NCBI GenBank assembly: GCA_965224245.1
Contig: OZ245046.1
Span: forward strand, 3,232,001 to 3,296,000
Length of the DNA stretch: 64,000 nucleotides
From: Candidatus Eiseniibacteriota bacterium
GTDB lineage: Bacteria > Eisenbacteria > RBG-16-71-46 > CAZAMP01
Direction of reading: 5' to 3'
The notes under the pieces were generated by a model. It saw nothing but the letters and a program-made list of their open reading frames with translations, had not been told where the DNA came from and ran no database searches. Below, piece by piece: positions 19,774-29,989 of the stretch (positions within the stretch are counted from its first letter, which is position 1; every line of letters starts with the position of its first letter). A program made the translations under genes and the position numbers.

Positions 19774-20562
19774 TCACGTGCCCGCATCGAGCACGTCGGC
19801 CATCGTGAAGAGACCGGGCGCGCGGTCGATCACGAAACGAGCGGCATCGATCGCACCCCGCGCGAAGGCGGATCGATTCCCCGCGCGGTGCGTCAGCTCG
19901 ATGCGCTCTCCATCCCCCGCGAACACGACCGTGTGCTCACCCACGACGTCCCCACCTCGCACCGCATGCACGCCGATCTCGTCGGCCGCGCGCGCGCCGG
20001 CGGCCGCGTCGCGGCCGACGCGCGCGACCAGATCGGCTCGCTCGTCGCGGATCGCGCGCACGATCGCGTGGGCGGTGCCGCTGGGCGCGTCGCGCTTGTG
20101 ACGGTGATGCATCTCGACGATCTCCACGTCGGCGTCGGGGCAGAAACGCGTCGCGGCTCGCGCGAGCGCCATCAGGGCGGTCGCGCCACGGGACAGGTTC
20201 GGGGCGAGAACGATCGGGATGCGGCGGGACGCATCGTGAATCCAGGAGTCCGCCTCGCCGGACAGCCCGGTGACCCCGATCACGAGACCGCGCCCCGCGT
20301 CGGCCGCGACGGAGACCGTGTCGAGGACGGCCTCGGGCGTCGAGACGTCGACGACCACGTCCACGTCGCGGGCCGGAATCTCCGCCACCACGGGGACGCC
20401 GCCGAATGGATCGGCGGCCCGGCGGTGAACGATCACCGTGATCGCCACGCGTCCGTCCGCTCGAGCGCACGCGACGATCTCCCGGCCCAGCCTGCCGAGC
20501 CCGCCGACGAGCGCGACGCGCGGTGTCCGCGGCGAGGCATCGCCGGAAGGCCCGGCGCTCAT
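19774..20562 (-). CDS. dapB: 4-hydroxy-tetrahydrodipicolinate reductase
   Basis: G.GRLG, VIGVTG, APNLS, EMHHRHKRDAPSGTA, GDVVGEH, FARGA. Confidence 0.95.
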   Translation of the reverse strand: MSAGPSGDASPRTPRVALVGGLGRLGREIVACARADGRVAITVIVHRRAADPFGGVPVVAEIPARDVDVVVDVSTPEAVLDTVSVAADAGRGLVIGVTGLSGEADSWIHDASRRIPIVLAPNLSRGATALMALARAATRFCPDADVEIVEMHHRHKRDAPSGTAHAIVRAIRDERADLVARVGRDAAAGARAADEIGVHAVRGGDVVGEHTVVFAGDGERIELTHRAGNRSAFARGAIDAARFVIDRAPGLFTMADVLDAGT

Positions 20563-21461
20563 GCCGGAAGCGTCGCCGACGACGCGGCCGTGAGACCGAG
20601 ACGCTCGATCAGACGATCCAGCCGGGCCGCGCTCTCGGGTCGAAGCGGCGCGAGCGGGGGCCGCACCGGGCCCGCGGGCAGACCGAGCCTCGACATCACG
20701 TGCTTGACGGGCACGGGGTTGCTCTCGACGAACATGGCCTGGGCCAGCTCGTAGAGCGCGAGGTGCTCGCAGCGTGCGGCCGTCATGTCGCCGGCCGCCG
20801 CGGCCCGGACGAGCGCGCACATGCGCTCGGGCACGACGTTGCCCAGCACCGACACGACCCCCTTGCCGCCCACGGCCATGATCGGCAACGTCAACGCGTC
20901 GTCACCGGCGAGCACCCCGATCCGATCCCCCACGCTCGCGACGATCTCCGAGCTCTGGTTGACGTCTCCGGACGCTTCCTTGATCGCGACGATGTTCGGC
21001 ACGTCGGCGAGCCGCGCGACCGTCTCCGGGCGCATGTTCACGCCGGTCCGACCGGGAACGTTGTACATCACCAGCGGAAGAGACGTCGCGCCGGCCACCG
21101 CGCGGAAGTGCGCGACGAGACCGTCCGGCTGCGGCTTGTTGTAGAACGGGGTGATGACGAGGAGCCCGTCGCAGCCGGCGCGCTCGGCGCCCTCGGCCAG
21201 CGAGACGGCCTTCGAGGTCGCGTTGCTGCCCGCGCCGCCGATGACCGTCAGGCGACCGGCCGCCGCCTCGACGACGATCGACAGCACACGTTCGTGCTCT
21301 TCGGGTGTGAACGTCGGGTTCTCGCCCGTCGTGCCGCAGGGCACGAGTCCGTCGGTGCCACGTGCGACGTGAAACTCAACCAGCTTCCGCAGTCCGGCCT
21401 CGTCGATCTCACCGGACGCCGTGAACGGCGTCACGATCGCGACGTACATTCCCTCGAACAT
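20559..21461 (-). CDS. dapA: 4-hydroxy-tetrahydrodipicolinate synthase
   Basis: GTTGE, PFYNKP, YNVPGRT, IKEASG, ESNPVPVK. Confidence 0.97.
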   Translation of the reverse strand: MFEGMYVAIVTPFTASGEIDEAGLRKLVEFHVARGTDGLVPCGTTGENPTFTPEEHERVLSIVVEAAAGRLTVIGGAGSNATSKAVSLAEGAERAGCDGLLVITPFYNKPQPDGLVAHFRAVAGATSLPLVMYNVPGRTGVNMRPETVARLADVPNIVAIKEASGDVNQSSEIVASVGDRIGVLAGDDALTLPIMAVGGKGVVSVLGNVVPERMCALVRAAAAGDMTAARCEHLALYELAQAMFVESNPVPVKHVMSRLGLPAGPVRPPLAPLRPESAARLDRLIERLGLTAASSATLPA

Positions 21462-21514
21462 GGCGCTTCCTCCCGTGCGCGGCGCATGGACGTTCCGCGT
21501 CTCTCACGCGGGTC

Positions 21515-21543
21515 AGTGTAGACGGGTGCGCGTCCGCGCACAA
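21515..21543 (-). promoter_or_regulatory. sigma70-type promoter for dapA
   Basis: Minus strand TTGTGC-N17-TACACT. Confidence 0.5.
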
Positions 21544-21562
21544 ACCGCGATGCCGTCGGGCG

Positions 21563-23284
21563 CTACTCGAGGCTCGAGCCGAAGCGCCCGGGGATCGGCA
21601 CCGTGAAGTCGAGCGACGGGATCGCCGAGAAAAACTGGCCGCTCGTGATGGACAGGCGCCACGGGTCGCCGCGCGTCGTGTCGCGGGCGAGGTCGATGCG
21701 AAGGGGGATCGGCAGCAGATTCGGATCGGATAGTCGCAGCCCGAACCCCACGTCGACCTCGACGTCGGCGAGCCGGACCGGATCGTCCGCCGGCCACACG
21801 TTGCCTGCGTCCACGAAGCCGACCAGGCCCAGATTCACCACGCCGAGCCGGAGGCCGGTGTTCCATCGCTGCTCGAGATTCACGACCACCGCGCGGGTGC
21901 CCCGGAGCGCCCGGAACCGGTGCCCGCGGAGCGCGGACCGGGCGCCGAGGTAGAGGATCTCCTCGGGCGCGAAGTCCCATCCCGCATGCCACAACGCGCG
22001 CGCGACGGTCACCGTGCCCCGACTGGGTCGCATGAACGTCTTGAGCACCGCGCTGGCCTCGCGGCCCGAGGGAGCGCCGTGTCGGAAGTGTCCGGCGGCG
22101 TGCAATCGTGCGCTGACCACGCCATCCCGCCAGGGCGTGGTGCGGAGCAACGTCACCGCCGCGTAGGGCCGATCCCGGGTCGATCCCAGCGCCTCCAGCT
22201 CCATGCCGACGACAACGCCGGCACGCGTGCCCAGCGGAACGTCCTCGATCGTGCCGCTTCGGTCGATGCCGCGCGTGCGCGTGAAGCGGCGCGCGAGCCA
22301 CGTGGCGCCGACCGACACCTGACGCCGGCGGTCGTGACGGAGTGCGAGCCCGGTGATGTCCTCGAGCGCCAGGGAATCGGCGATGGCTCGTGAGCGCCGG
22401 TCGTCGAGAAACAGCGACGCTCCGAGCCCCCAGCGTCGAATCCGACGTGAACCTGCTCGCGCGGCGCCGGTCGGGGCACCCTCGGAGATCCGGAGTGACG
22501 TGGCCACGTCCCCGTAGATCGATAGATAGCCGTAGGCGTAATCCGAGTTCGTGTCGTAGCGCGCGCTCTTGTCGCCGCCGACGTAGAAGTACACGTCGCC
22601 GTCGTACGAGCTGCCGAAGACACCGCCGCTCCAGCGTGTGAGATCCGAGTAGTAGCCCCGCGATAACGATGCGCCTCGCCCGTAGCCGTCGTCGCCCTCG
22701 AAGTAGGAGACCGACAATCGGCCCCGGGGTCCCAGGAACCGCCGGCGCGTCAACGCGAATGCGAAGCGATCCTCCTCGTCGGACCAGGTGTGGCTTCCCG
22801 CGAGCGCATCGCCCCGGCCCAGGAAGTTGGTCTCCACGCCGCCGAGAACGAACGTGTCGTTGTCGGCGTCGCGGCTGTAGCTGACGATCAGCTGCGTGGA
22901 CCACGCGTCACGCGTGGTCACGACGACGTCGACGCTGTCGCCCCGCGCGATCAGCCGCACGTCGGCATCCACGAAGAGACCGCTCTCGCGCAGCACGCGT
23001 GCGCTCTCGGCGGCCAGCGCCGGGGTGGCGAGATCGCCCTCTCGGAACAGGAGGAGATCGCGGATGACGCCGGCGCGCGTGTCGACGTGCACCCAGTTCG
23101 CGGCGCGTCCCAGCGGAGCCAGCGGACCGAGCTCGGACGGGTCGAACACGGGCGCACGTTCGATCCGGATGGCCGTGATCGGCCGGGGGGTCTCGATCTG
23201 GGGCGTGGCGCCCGAGGTCGCGGAGGGCTCGACCGCGAGCACGGCCAGGGTCGTCGCGAGGAGACTCCAGGACGCCACGCGCAT
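21563..23284 (-). CDS. Omp85/BamA-TamA-family outer-membrane protein with single POTRA domain
   Basis: Signal peptide, TRAGVIRDLLLFREGD/ESARVLR POTRA, ETNFLGRG, LG....LRGH loop-6 motif, FVDAGNVW, GFGLRL. Confidence 0.82.
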   Translation of the reverse strand: MRVASWSLLATTLAVLAVEPSATSGATPQIETPRPITAIRIERAPVFDPSELGPLAPLGRAANWVHVDTRAGVIRDLLLFREGDLATPALAAESARVLRESGLFVDADVRLIARGDSVDVVVTTRDAWSTQLIVSYSRDADNDTFVLGGVETNFLGRGDALAGSHTWSDEEDRFAFALTRRRFLGPRGRLSVSYFEGDDGYGRGASLSRGYYSDLTRWSGGVFGSSYDGDVYFYVGGDKSARYDTNSDYAYGYLSIYGDVATSLRISEGAPTGAARAGSRRIRRWGLGASLFLDDRRSRAIADSLALEDITGLALRHDRRRQVSVGATWLARRFTRTRGIDRSGTIEDVPLGTRAGVVVGMELEALGSTRDRPYAAVTLLRTTPWRDGVVSARLHAAGHFRHGAPSGREASAVLKTFMRPSRGTVTVARALWHAGWDFAPEEILYLGARSALRGHRFRALRGTRAVVVNLEQRWNTGLRLGVVNLGLVGFVDAGNVWPADDPVRLADVEVDVGFGLRLSDPNLLPIPLRIDLARDTTRGDPWRLSITSGQFFSAIPSLDFTVPIPGRFGSSLE

Positions 23285-23344
23285 CATCTCCTCACATACC
23301 CCGAAAACCACCAAAATCAACGACTTCAGCCACTTCGCGCCCGG

Positions 23345-23373
23345 TTGCCAGCTTCGCGACTCTAGTGTACGAT
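23345..23373 (+). promoter_or_regulatory. sigma70-type promoter for C25 protease
   Basis: TTGCCA-N17-TACGAT. Confidence 0.55.
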
Positions 23374-23474
23374 TCCGCAGTTGGCAACGTCCCAGACCCT
23401 CGCATCATCTCGAGTTGCACGCGCCGCCGGGAGCGTGCGCGAGCTGGCACTCTCTTCTTTCCACGGGAACGACC

Positions 23475-26400
23475 ATGAAGGCGACTTTGATCCGTATCCT
23501 GGCGGTAGTGTCCTCGATCGCGGCTGCTCCTGCGGACGCGACGATGCATCGAGTCGACTGGCCGGCTTCCGCCACCTTCGGCGAGCACCTCACGGCCACC
23601 GGCCCCACGCTGGATGTCCGCGGCGGCGTCCTGGCGACCGGCTCGAGCTGGCCGGTGCGCGTCGCCCGCGTCGAGATCCCCGGAGATGCTCGCGTGTCGG
23701 AGGTCGCGATCCACGCGCTGCGCGAGGACGTGCTGGACCACCCGGCCCACAGCTACCGGTTCGACGGAGACGAGGTCGACCTGGGCGAGCCCGACGGCGT
23801 GTCGGGCGGCTACGCGTACTGGATCCTCCCCGAGGGCAGCGTCGTCGGGTATCGCTTCGCGCAGATCGCCGTCGCACCGTTCCGGAGCGTCGACGGAGAG
23901 GCGCGGTTCCTGGCGTCATTCGATCTCGAGATCGAGACCACGGGGGGCGGACAGCCTCCCCTCCGGCGGATCAGATCCACCCCGTCGGCCGACGCGTCCG
24001 ACGCGCGGCGCCTTCGCCAAACGCTCGACGCCGAGCCGATGTTCTACCCCGCGGTGGACGCCGGTCGACTCTCGGTGCCCCCGGAGTTCGGCACCGAGAC
24101 CACCGAGTACGTCGTGATCACGAGCGCCAGCCAGGCGCCGGTGTTCGAGGACTTCGCCGACATCAAGACGCGCGAGGGCATCCCGACCGTCGTGACCACG
24201 ATCGACTGGATCCTGGCCAACTACGAGGGGATCGACCTGCCCGCGCGGTGCCGCGCGTACATCCGCGACCTGTATCTGTACCAGGGCCTGAGGTTCGTGA
24301 TGATGGCCGGTGACGCCGACGTCGTGCCGATCCCGCTCGCGGTGAACCGCTTCCAGTTCCCGGCCGGCCAGGAAGTCATGACGGACAAGTACTACGCGTG
24401 CCTCGACGGCAACTGGAACGGCGATGGCGACGCCGAGCGGGGCGAAGCACCGAACACGATCCTGGAGATCGAGGGAGACGACGCGGACCTGTACTCCGAG
24501 GTGCTGGTGGGTCGCGTACCCACGGGTACCGCCGCCGAGGCCACCTGCTGGCTGGACAAGTGGAAGAGCTACACCGGCTACGACGTGGCCAACTTCCGCA
24601 CCGACTACCAGGCGCGCGTTCTCGCGCTCGGTGAGGTGCTGTTTCCCGACGACTGGACACCCGATCAGGATCCGGCGCTCATCGTGCAGGACGGAGCCGA
24701 TCTCTGCGAGTCGACGCTCACGTACTTCCCGCCGCACTTCTTGAAGTACCGGATGTACCAGTACTCGGAGAACCCGGAGTATCCGACCGCCGTCCCGGAG
24801 ATCAAGGACTCGGTCGTCGTCGAGATCAACGAGGGCTACGGCTGGGTCGATCACGTGGGTCACGGATTCCGGACCAACATGTCGGTCGGTGACGGCAAGC
24901 TGGTCAACCTCGACGCGGATCAATTCAACAACACGAACGCCTACTCGCTCATCTACGCGGTGAACTGCACCTCGGGCGCCGTGCTCTACGACTGCATCAT
25001 CGAGCACGCCATGCTCAACTGCTCGGGCGGAATCGTGGGCGGCATGGCGTCGACCGACCTCGACTACCCGTCCATCTCGGACAACTTCAAGTTCGAGTTC
25101 TTCCGCTTGCACTTCGACGAGGGTCTCACGACGATCGGCGAGTGCTTCTACGCGGCCGACCTCCCCTGGATCCCGGTCGCGGAGCTCTCGGAGAACTCCT
25201 ACCGCTGGACGATCATGACGCTGATCCTGTTCGGCGACCCCTCGCTCCGCATGTGGCAGAACACGCCGCGCTTCCTCACGGCCACCCATCCCGCCACGAT
25301 GGAGCTCGGGGCGGGAACGTTCACGGTGACCGTGACCAACTCGCTCGGGGGCTCCCCGTTCGAAGGCGCCACCGTGTGCCTGCGCAAGGACGACGGCTAC
25401 GCCATCGGGACCACCGACGCCTCGGGCGTGGCCACCATCGACTTCCTGCCGGGCAGCACCGGCGAGTTCGACGTGACCGTGGTGGGCGTGGACCGGGCCC
25501 CCGTCGTGCAGACGGCCCAGGTCGTGGCACCCACCAGCGCGGCACTCCGCGTGGATGGATGGGTCGTACACGACGGCGACGGCATGGGCGGCACGGGCAA
25601 CGGTGACAACCGCCCCGACGCCGGCGAGTCCATCCTGATCGACCTGACGATCCGGAACGACGGCGCGGTGACGGCGACGAACGTGGCCGCCACCCTGAAC
25701 GCCAACAGCCCGTTCATCGTGCTCTCCGACGACACCGAGGCCTCATCCGACATCCCCGCAGGCGGGATGATGACGCTTCCCACGGCGTTCGCGGGGGACA
25801 TCACCGCGGCGCTCCCCGACACCACCCGGCACGTCGTCGCCCCGGCCACGCTCGATCTGTCCTGCGACCAGGGCAGCTGGACCGAGGACGTCCCGTTCTC
25901 GCTCTATCAGCGCCTGATCGATCTGGTCGACATGAGCTGGAGCATCGTGGACGACGACGGAAACGGCACGCTGGAAGCCGGCGAGACGGCCGAGCTGGTG
26001 ATGACGCTGTTCAATCGCGGCGAGGCCGAGGCACAGGATCTGGTCGGGGTCGGCACGTACACCGGTACGGAGTTCTTCATCGCCGACCCGAACATCACGT
26101 TCGGGACGCTCGCCCCCGGCGCGACGGTGACCGGCTCGCCGCTCGCCGTGCTCTCGACCGGCGGCAACCGGCTCACCCTCAAGGTCGACGTGACGGTGTC
26201 CGACCTCTACGCGAGCTCGCTCCTGTCGCGCCGCGTCGACGTGCTCGCGCCCCCCAAGCCCGACACCCTCGTGTCCGACCCCGAGGCGACGTCGATCAAG
26301 CTGACGTGGCCGCCGGTGACGTCCCTGGACGTCCGCGGCTATCTCGTGCAGCGGGCCGACGACGTCGGCGGGCCGTACACCGAGGTGTCGGGCGACATCA

Positions 26401-28232
26401 TCGAGGACGGGTCGTTCTACGTGGACGAGAACCTGACCCCCTTGACGTCGTACTACTACAAGGTCGCCAGCGTCGACTCGTCGGGCAACGTGGGCACGTA
26501 CTCGGCACCGGTCGCGGCGACGACGTCACCACCGGTGCTCGAGGGATGGCCGGTTCCGCTGCCCCCGGGCGAGAGCAAGGGCTCACCCACGTTCGCGGAC
26601 GTCGACTACGACAGCAACTACGAGGTCGTCCTGGGCTGGACGAACCCGATGGTGTTCCGCGCCGACGGCGGCGACTTCGTGGACGGCGACGGCGACGGGC
26701 TCACGTCCGGCATCTTCGCCACCCCCGAGGGCGGCAACTCGCAGTTCTGGAACTCGCCCGTCGTGTTCGACATCGATCGCGACGGCGTGAACGAGACGAT
26801 CTTCGCGGCCTGGCACACGACCGACGAGGGCCACCTCTACGTGATCGACGCCACCGGCGCCATCGAATCGGGCTGGCCGCAAGAGATCGGCAAGGCACCG
26901 TGGTCCAGCCCGGCGATCGGCGACGTCGACGGGGATCCGTACTTCGAGATCTTCGTGGGCTCGGGAGCCGGAAGCGGCGCCTACCAGGGTGTGCTCTTCG
27001 GATTCAACGACCACGGCAGCGAGGTCCGGGACGGCGACTCGAACCCCGCCACGCACGGGATCTTCTACAAGTCCGCGTCGACCGAGGCGAAGTTCATGTA
27101 CAGCTCGCCCGCGATCGCCGACCTCGACGACGACGGGAAGGACGAGATCGTCTTCCATGAGAAGACGAGTCACCAGGGTCCGAGCCAGAGCACGATCTAC
27201 GCCTTCGAGGGAGACGGCTCGGTGATGCCCGGGTTCCCGGTCGGCGATTCCACGACGCGCGCGACGACGTCCAGCCCCGCCATCGCCGACATCGACGGCA
27301 ACGGCGACCTGGAGATCATCGCGGTGACCGAGACTCAGGTCTTCGTTCTGAACCACGACGGGTCGGTGTACCCGGGCTGGCCGAAGACCCTGACCGCGCT
27401 GCCGTCGTCCGGCGGCGGGCTGCGCGACTTCATGAGCTCGCCGGCCGTCGGCGACCTCGACGGTGACACGAACGTGGAGGTCGTGGTGGGATGGCTCGAC
27501 GGACTCGTCTATGCGTGGACGGCGTCCACCGCGACGCTGCTGCCCGGCTTCCCCGCCGACGTGTCGAACACGGGCACCGAGTTCGACGACTACCTGAGGA
27601 GCCCGATCGTCGGCAACATCGACGCGGATCCCGAGCTCGAGGTGGTGATCTCGGGCGGTGATGCTCGACTGCACGCGGTCAACCACGACGGAACCGTCGT
27701 CGGCGGCTTCCCCATCTCGACCGGCGGAATCGTGTTCGGGTCGGCGGCGATGTGGGACCTGGACCAGGACGGCAGCGTCAATCTGATCGTCCAGACCAAC
27801 GCGCCGGAGCTGTCCGTCTACGACTTCACCAACGTCACGTTCGATCACACGCAGTATCCGTGGCCGATGTTCCGGAACAACCGGCGCAAGAACGGTCTCT
27901 ACACCCCGCCGAATCCGCTCGACACCGGTGGCGGGCCCGGCAGGACCCCGGTCGTGGCGGCGGTCCACGCGGCCCGTCCGAACCCGTTCACGCCGCGCAC
28001 GACGTTGCCGTTCGACGTTCCGGACGGCGGGGCTCCGGTCTCCGTGCGGGTGTTCGACGTCAAGGGCCGCGAGGTGCGCGTGCTGGCCGACGGCACGTTC
28101 CCGTCCGGTCAGTTCCAGATCAACTGGGACGGCCGCACGTCCACCGGTCAGCGCCTGGCGCCCGGGGTGTACTTCGCCCGCGTCGAGATTGGATCGGAGG
28201 CCTTCGTCCAGAAGCTCACGCTGGCCCGATGA
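23475..28232 (+). CDS. Gingipain-like C25 cysteine peptidase with Ig/FN3 domains, FG-GAP repeats and FlgD-Ig/T9SS-type C-terminal domain
   Basis: YVVIT, TDKYYACLDG, VGRVP, HVGHG and NCTSG catalytic dyad, LFGDP; FN3 (LTW...YYYKVASVD); SSPAIADLD repeats; PNPF...WDG...GVYF CTD. Confidence 0.9.
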   Translation: MKATLIRILAVVSSIAAAPADATMHRVDWPASATFGEHLTATGPTLDVRGGVLATGSSWPVRVARVEIPGDARVSEVAIHALREDVLDHPAHSYRFDGDEVDLGEPDGVSGGYAYWILPEGSVVGYRFAQIAVAPFRSVDGEARFLASFDLEIETTGGGQPPLRRIRSTPSADASDARRLRQTLDAEPMFYPAVDAGRLSVPPEFGTETTEYVVITSASQAPVFEDFADIKTREGIPTVVTTIDWILANYEGIDLPARCRAYIRDLYLYQGLRFVMMAGDADVVPIPLAVNRFQFPAGQEVMTDKYYACLDGNWNGDGDAERGEAPNTILEIEGDDADLYSEVLVGRVPTGTAAEATCWLDKWKSYTGYDVANFRTDYQARVLALGEVLFPDDWTPDQDPALIVQDGADLCESTLTYFPPHFLKYRMYQYSENPEYPTAVPEIKDSVVVEINEGYGWVDHVGHGFRTNMSVGDGKLVNLDADQFNNTNAYSLIYAVNCTSGAVLYDCIIEHAMLNCSGGIVGGMASTDLDYPSISDNFKFEFFRLHFDEGLTTIGECFYAADLPWIPVAELSENSYRWTIMTLILFGDPSLRMWQNTPRFLTATHPATMELGAGTFTVTVTNSLGGSPFEGATVCLRKDDGYAIGTTDASGVATIDFLPGSTGEFDVTVVGVDRAPVVQTAQVVAPTSAALRVDGWVVHDGDGMGGTGNGDNRPDAGESILIDLTIRNDGAVTATNVAATLNANSPFIVLSDDTEASSDIPAGGMMTLPTAFAGDITAALPDTTRHVVAPATLDLSCDQGSWTEDVPFSLYQRLIDLVDMSWSIVDDDGNGTLEAGETAELVMTLFNRGEAEAQDLVGVGTYTGTEFFIADPNITFGTLAPGATVTGSPLAVLSTGGNRLTLKVDVTVSDLYASSLLSRRVDVLAPPKPDTLVSDPEATSIKLTWPPVTSLDVRGYLVQRADDVGGPYTEVSGDIIEDGSFYVDENLTPLTSYYYKVASVDSSGNVGTYSAPVAATTSPPVLEGWPVPLPPGESKGSPTFADVDYDSNYEVVLGWTNPMVFRADGGDFVDGDGDGLTSGIFATPEGGNSQFWNSPVVFDIDRDGVNETIFAAWHTTDEGHLYVIDATGAIESGWPQEIGKAPWSSPAIGDVDGDPYFEIFVGSGAGSGAYQGVLFGFNDHGSEVRDGDSNPATHGIFYKSASTEAKFMYSSPAIADLDDDGKDEIVFHEKTSHQGPSQSTIYAFEGDGSVMPGFPVGDSTTRATTSSPAIADIDGNGDLEIIAVTETQVFVLNHDGSVYPGWPKTLTALPSSGGGLRDFMSSPAVGDLDGDTNVEVVVGWLDGLVYAWTASTATLLPGFPADVSNTGTEFDDYLRSPIVGNIDADPELEVVISGGDARLHAVNHDGTVVGGFPISTGGIVFGSAAMWDLDQDGSVNLIVQTNAPELSVYDFTNVTFDHTQYPWPMFRNNRRKNGLYTPPNPLDTGGGPGRTPVVAAVHAARPNPFTPRTTLPFDVPDGGAPVSVRVFDVKGREVRVLADGTFPSGQFQINWDGRTSTGQRLAPGVYFARVEIGSEAFVQKLTLAR

Positions 28233-28302
28233 ACGCGCACGCCCACTCGCCCGTCGCGAGACGGACGGGTGGGCGTCCTCTGCCCGGGCGGCCGCCGCTC
28301 GA

Positions 28303-28602
28303 TCAGGACGGCGAGGATCCCGGATCCTCGAGCCCCAGGAACATTCTCAGCTGGCTCACGAACAGGGCATAGTGTTCGCGGTTCGCCATGCTGAGGCGAT
28401 ACTCGTTCACGATCTTCACGCTCACGTCCTGCCACTCCGCCCAGCACGTGGAGCAGATCTCCCGTGTGATCACCGAGCCGAGCTCACCTCCCCAGGTCAC
28501 GGTCGACGCCGGAGGCGGGGTGCCCGCGTTGCCGCAGCGGCGGCACGTGATGGCGCCTCCGGCCGCCGTGGTCTCGTCTCGTGTCTCGTCCCGATCGCTC
28601 AT
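28303..28602 (-). CDS. Fe(II)-trafficking / oxidative damage protection protein (YggX-like)
   Basis: C..C..., ELG..I...IC..CW.EW......VNEYRL...FL. Confidence 0.85.
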   Translation of the reverse strand: MSDRDETRDETTAAGGAITCRRCGNAGTPPPASTVTWGGELGSVITREICSTCWAEWQDVSVKIVNEYRLSMANREHYALFVSQLRMFLGLEDPGSSPS

Positions 28603-28707
28603 CGTTCGCTCCTTCTCGGCTCGTCCGCCGGTGAGCTCTCATCGTTTCGAGCCGGCAAGCCACGTGGGGAACGCCGGTTCCAGCGCCATCCGGGCTGGTG
28701 CCCGAGG

Positions 28708-28737
28708 TTGACACCCAAGGTGGCCGACGGCTAGCAT
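28708..28737 (+). promoter_or_regulatory. sigma70-type promoter for spt operon
   Basis: TTGACA-N18-TAGCAT. Confidence 0.55.
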
Positions 28738-28789
28738 TCCGCGCTTACGGGTAGATCCGACTCCCCACGAAACGAGCCAACCGACATTC

Positions 28790-29974
28790 ATGGATCTCTT
28801 CAAGAAGTGTCGTGAGTATAACGAAGCGCGCGCCGCGCGCGCGGCAGGGCTGTATCCGTACTTCCAACCGATCGAGGGATCGAACGACACCGAGGTATCC
28901 ATCCGGGGTCGCAAGCTGATCATGATCGGTTCGAACAACTACCTGGGCCTGACTCACGACCCGAGAATCATCGAGGCCGCGGAGGCCGCCAGCCGTCGCT
29001 ACGGCTCGGGGTGCACCGGCAGTCGGTTCCTCAACGGCACCCTCGATCTTCACGAGAAGCTAGAGGCGGATCTGGCGGAGTTCACCCGCAAGGAGGCCGC
29101 CCTCGTCTTCTCTACCGGGTACACGGCCAACGTTGGCTGCATCGCGAGCCTGGTCGGGCGCGGTGACCACGTCGTGATCGACAAGTACGACCACGCCAGC
29201 ATCTTCGACGGCTGCCGGATGGCGGCCGGACACGCGCTCCGCTACCGGCACGCCGACCTGGCGGACCTCGATCGCATCCTGGCCCGTCTCACCGAGAAGT
29301 CGCGCGGCACGCTGGTCGCCGTGGACGGCGTGTTCAGCATGGAAGGCGACATCGTGGATCTGCCCGGTCTCCTGGAGGTCGCACACCGCTACGGGGCCCG
29401 CGTGCTCTGCGACGACGCGCACAGCTTCGGCGTGCTCGGAGAGACCGGTGCCGGCACGGCCGAGCACTTCGGCGTGCAGAAGGAGACCGACCTCATCACC
29501 GGGACGTTCTCGAAGTCCTTCGCGTCCATCGGCGGCTTCGTCGCCGCCGACGCCGACGTGATCGACTTCATGAAGCATCACTCGCGCCCGTTGATGTTCT
29601 CGGCCAGCATGCCGCCCTACGCGGTGGCCACCGTGCACGCCGCGCTGGAGATCATCCGGTCGGAGCCCGATCGGCGCAAGCGACTGTGGGACATCACCGA
29701 GCGCATGATCAGCGGTTTCCAGTCGATGGGCTACGATCTCGGTCCGGCCGAGACCCCCATCGTGCCGCTCGTCATCGGACACCGGGAGAAGACCTTCGCG
29801 CTCTGGCGCGCCCTGTTCGACGCGGGCATCTTCACCAATCCCGTGGTGTCGCCCGCGGTGCCCGAGGCCGCGTGCCGGCTGCGAACGAGCTACATCGCCA
29901 CGCACACCGACGATCAGCTCGACTACGTGCTCGACACGACCCGGAAGGCCGGCAAGGCGCTCGGCCTCATCTGA
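28790..29974 (+). CDS. spt: PLP alpha-oxoamine synthase, probable serine palmitoyltransferase
   Basis: YPYFQPI, GSNNYLGL, GSGCTGSRFLNGT, DDAHS, GTFSKS; context of GNAT and reductase genes, no bio genes nearby. Confidence 0.75.
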   Translation: MDLFKKCREYNEARAARAAGLYPYFQPIEGSNDTEVSIRGRKLIMIGSNNYLGLTHDPRIIEAAEAASRRYGSGCTGSRFLNGTLDLHEKLEADLAEFTRKEAALVFSTGYTANVGCIASLVGRGDHVVIDKYDHASIFDGCRMAAGHALRYRHADLADLDRILARLTEKSRGTLVAVDGVFSMEGDIVDLPGLLEVAHRYGARVLCDDAHSFGVLGETGAGTAEHFGVQKETDLITGTFSKSFASIGGFVAADADVIDFMKHHSRPLMFSASMPPYAVATVHAALEIIRSEPDRRKRLWDITERMISGFQSMGYDLGPAETPIVPLVIGHREKTFALWRALFDAGIFTNPVVSPAVPEAACRLRTSYIATHTDDQLDYVLDTTRKAGKALGLI

Positions 29975-29989
29975 TCGCGGAGGGTCCTC

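Noticed and set aside
23444-23460. TGGCAC sigma54 -24 element before the C25 protease
   Set aside because: No GC at the -12 position; a sigma70-like promoter explains the region
28790-29974. Annotation as bioF or kbl
   Set aside because: No bio or tdh genes adjacent; motifs and neighbours favour Spt, though this is not proven
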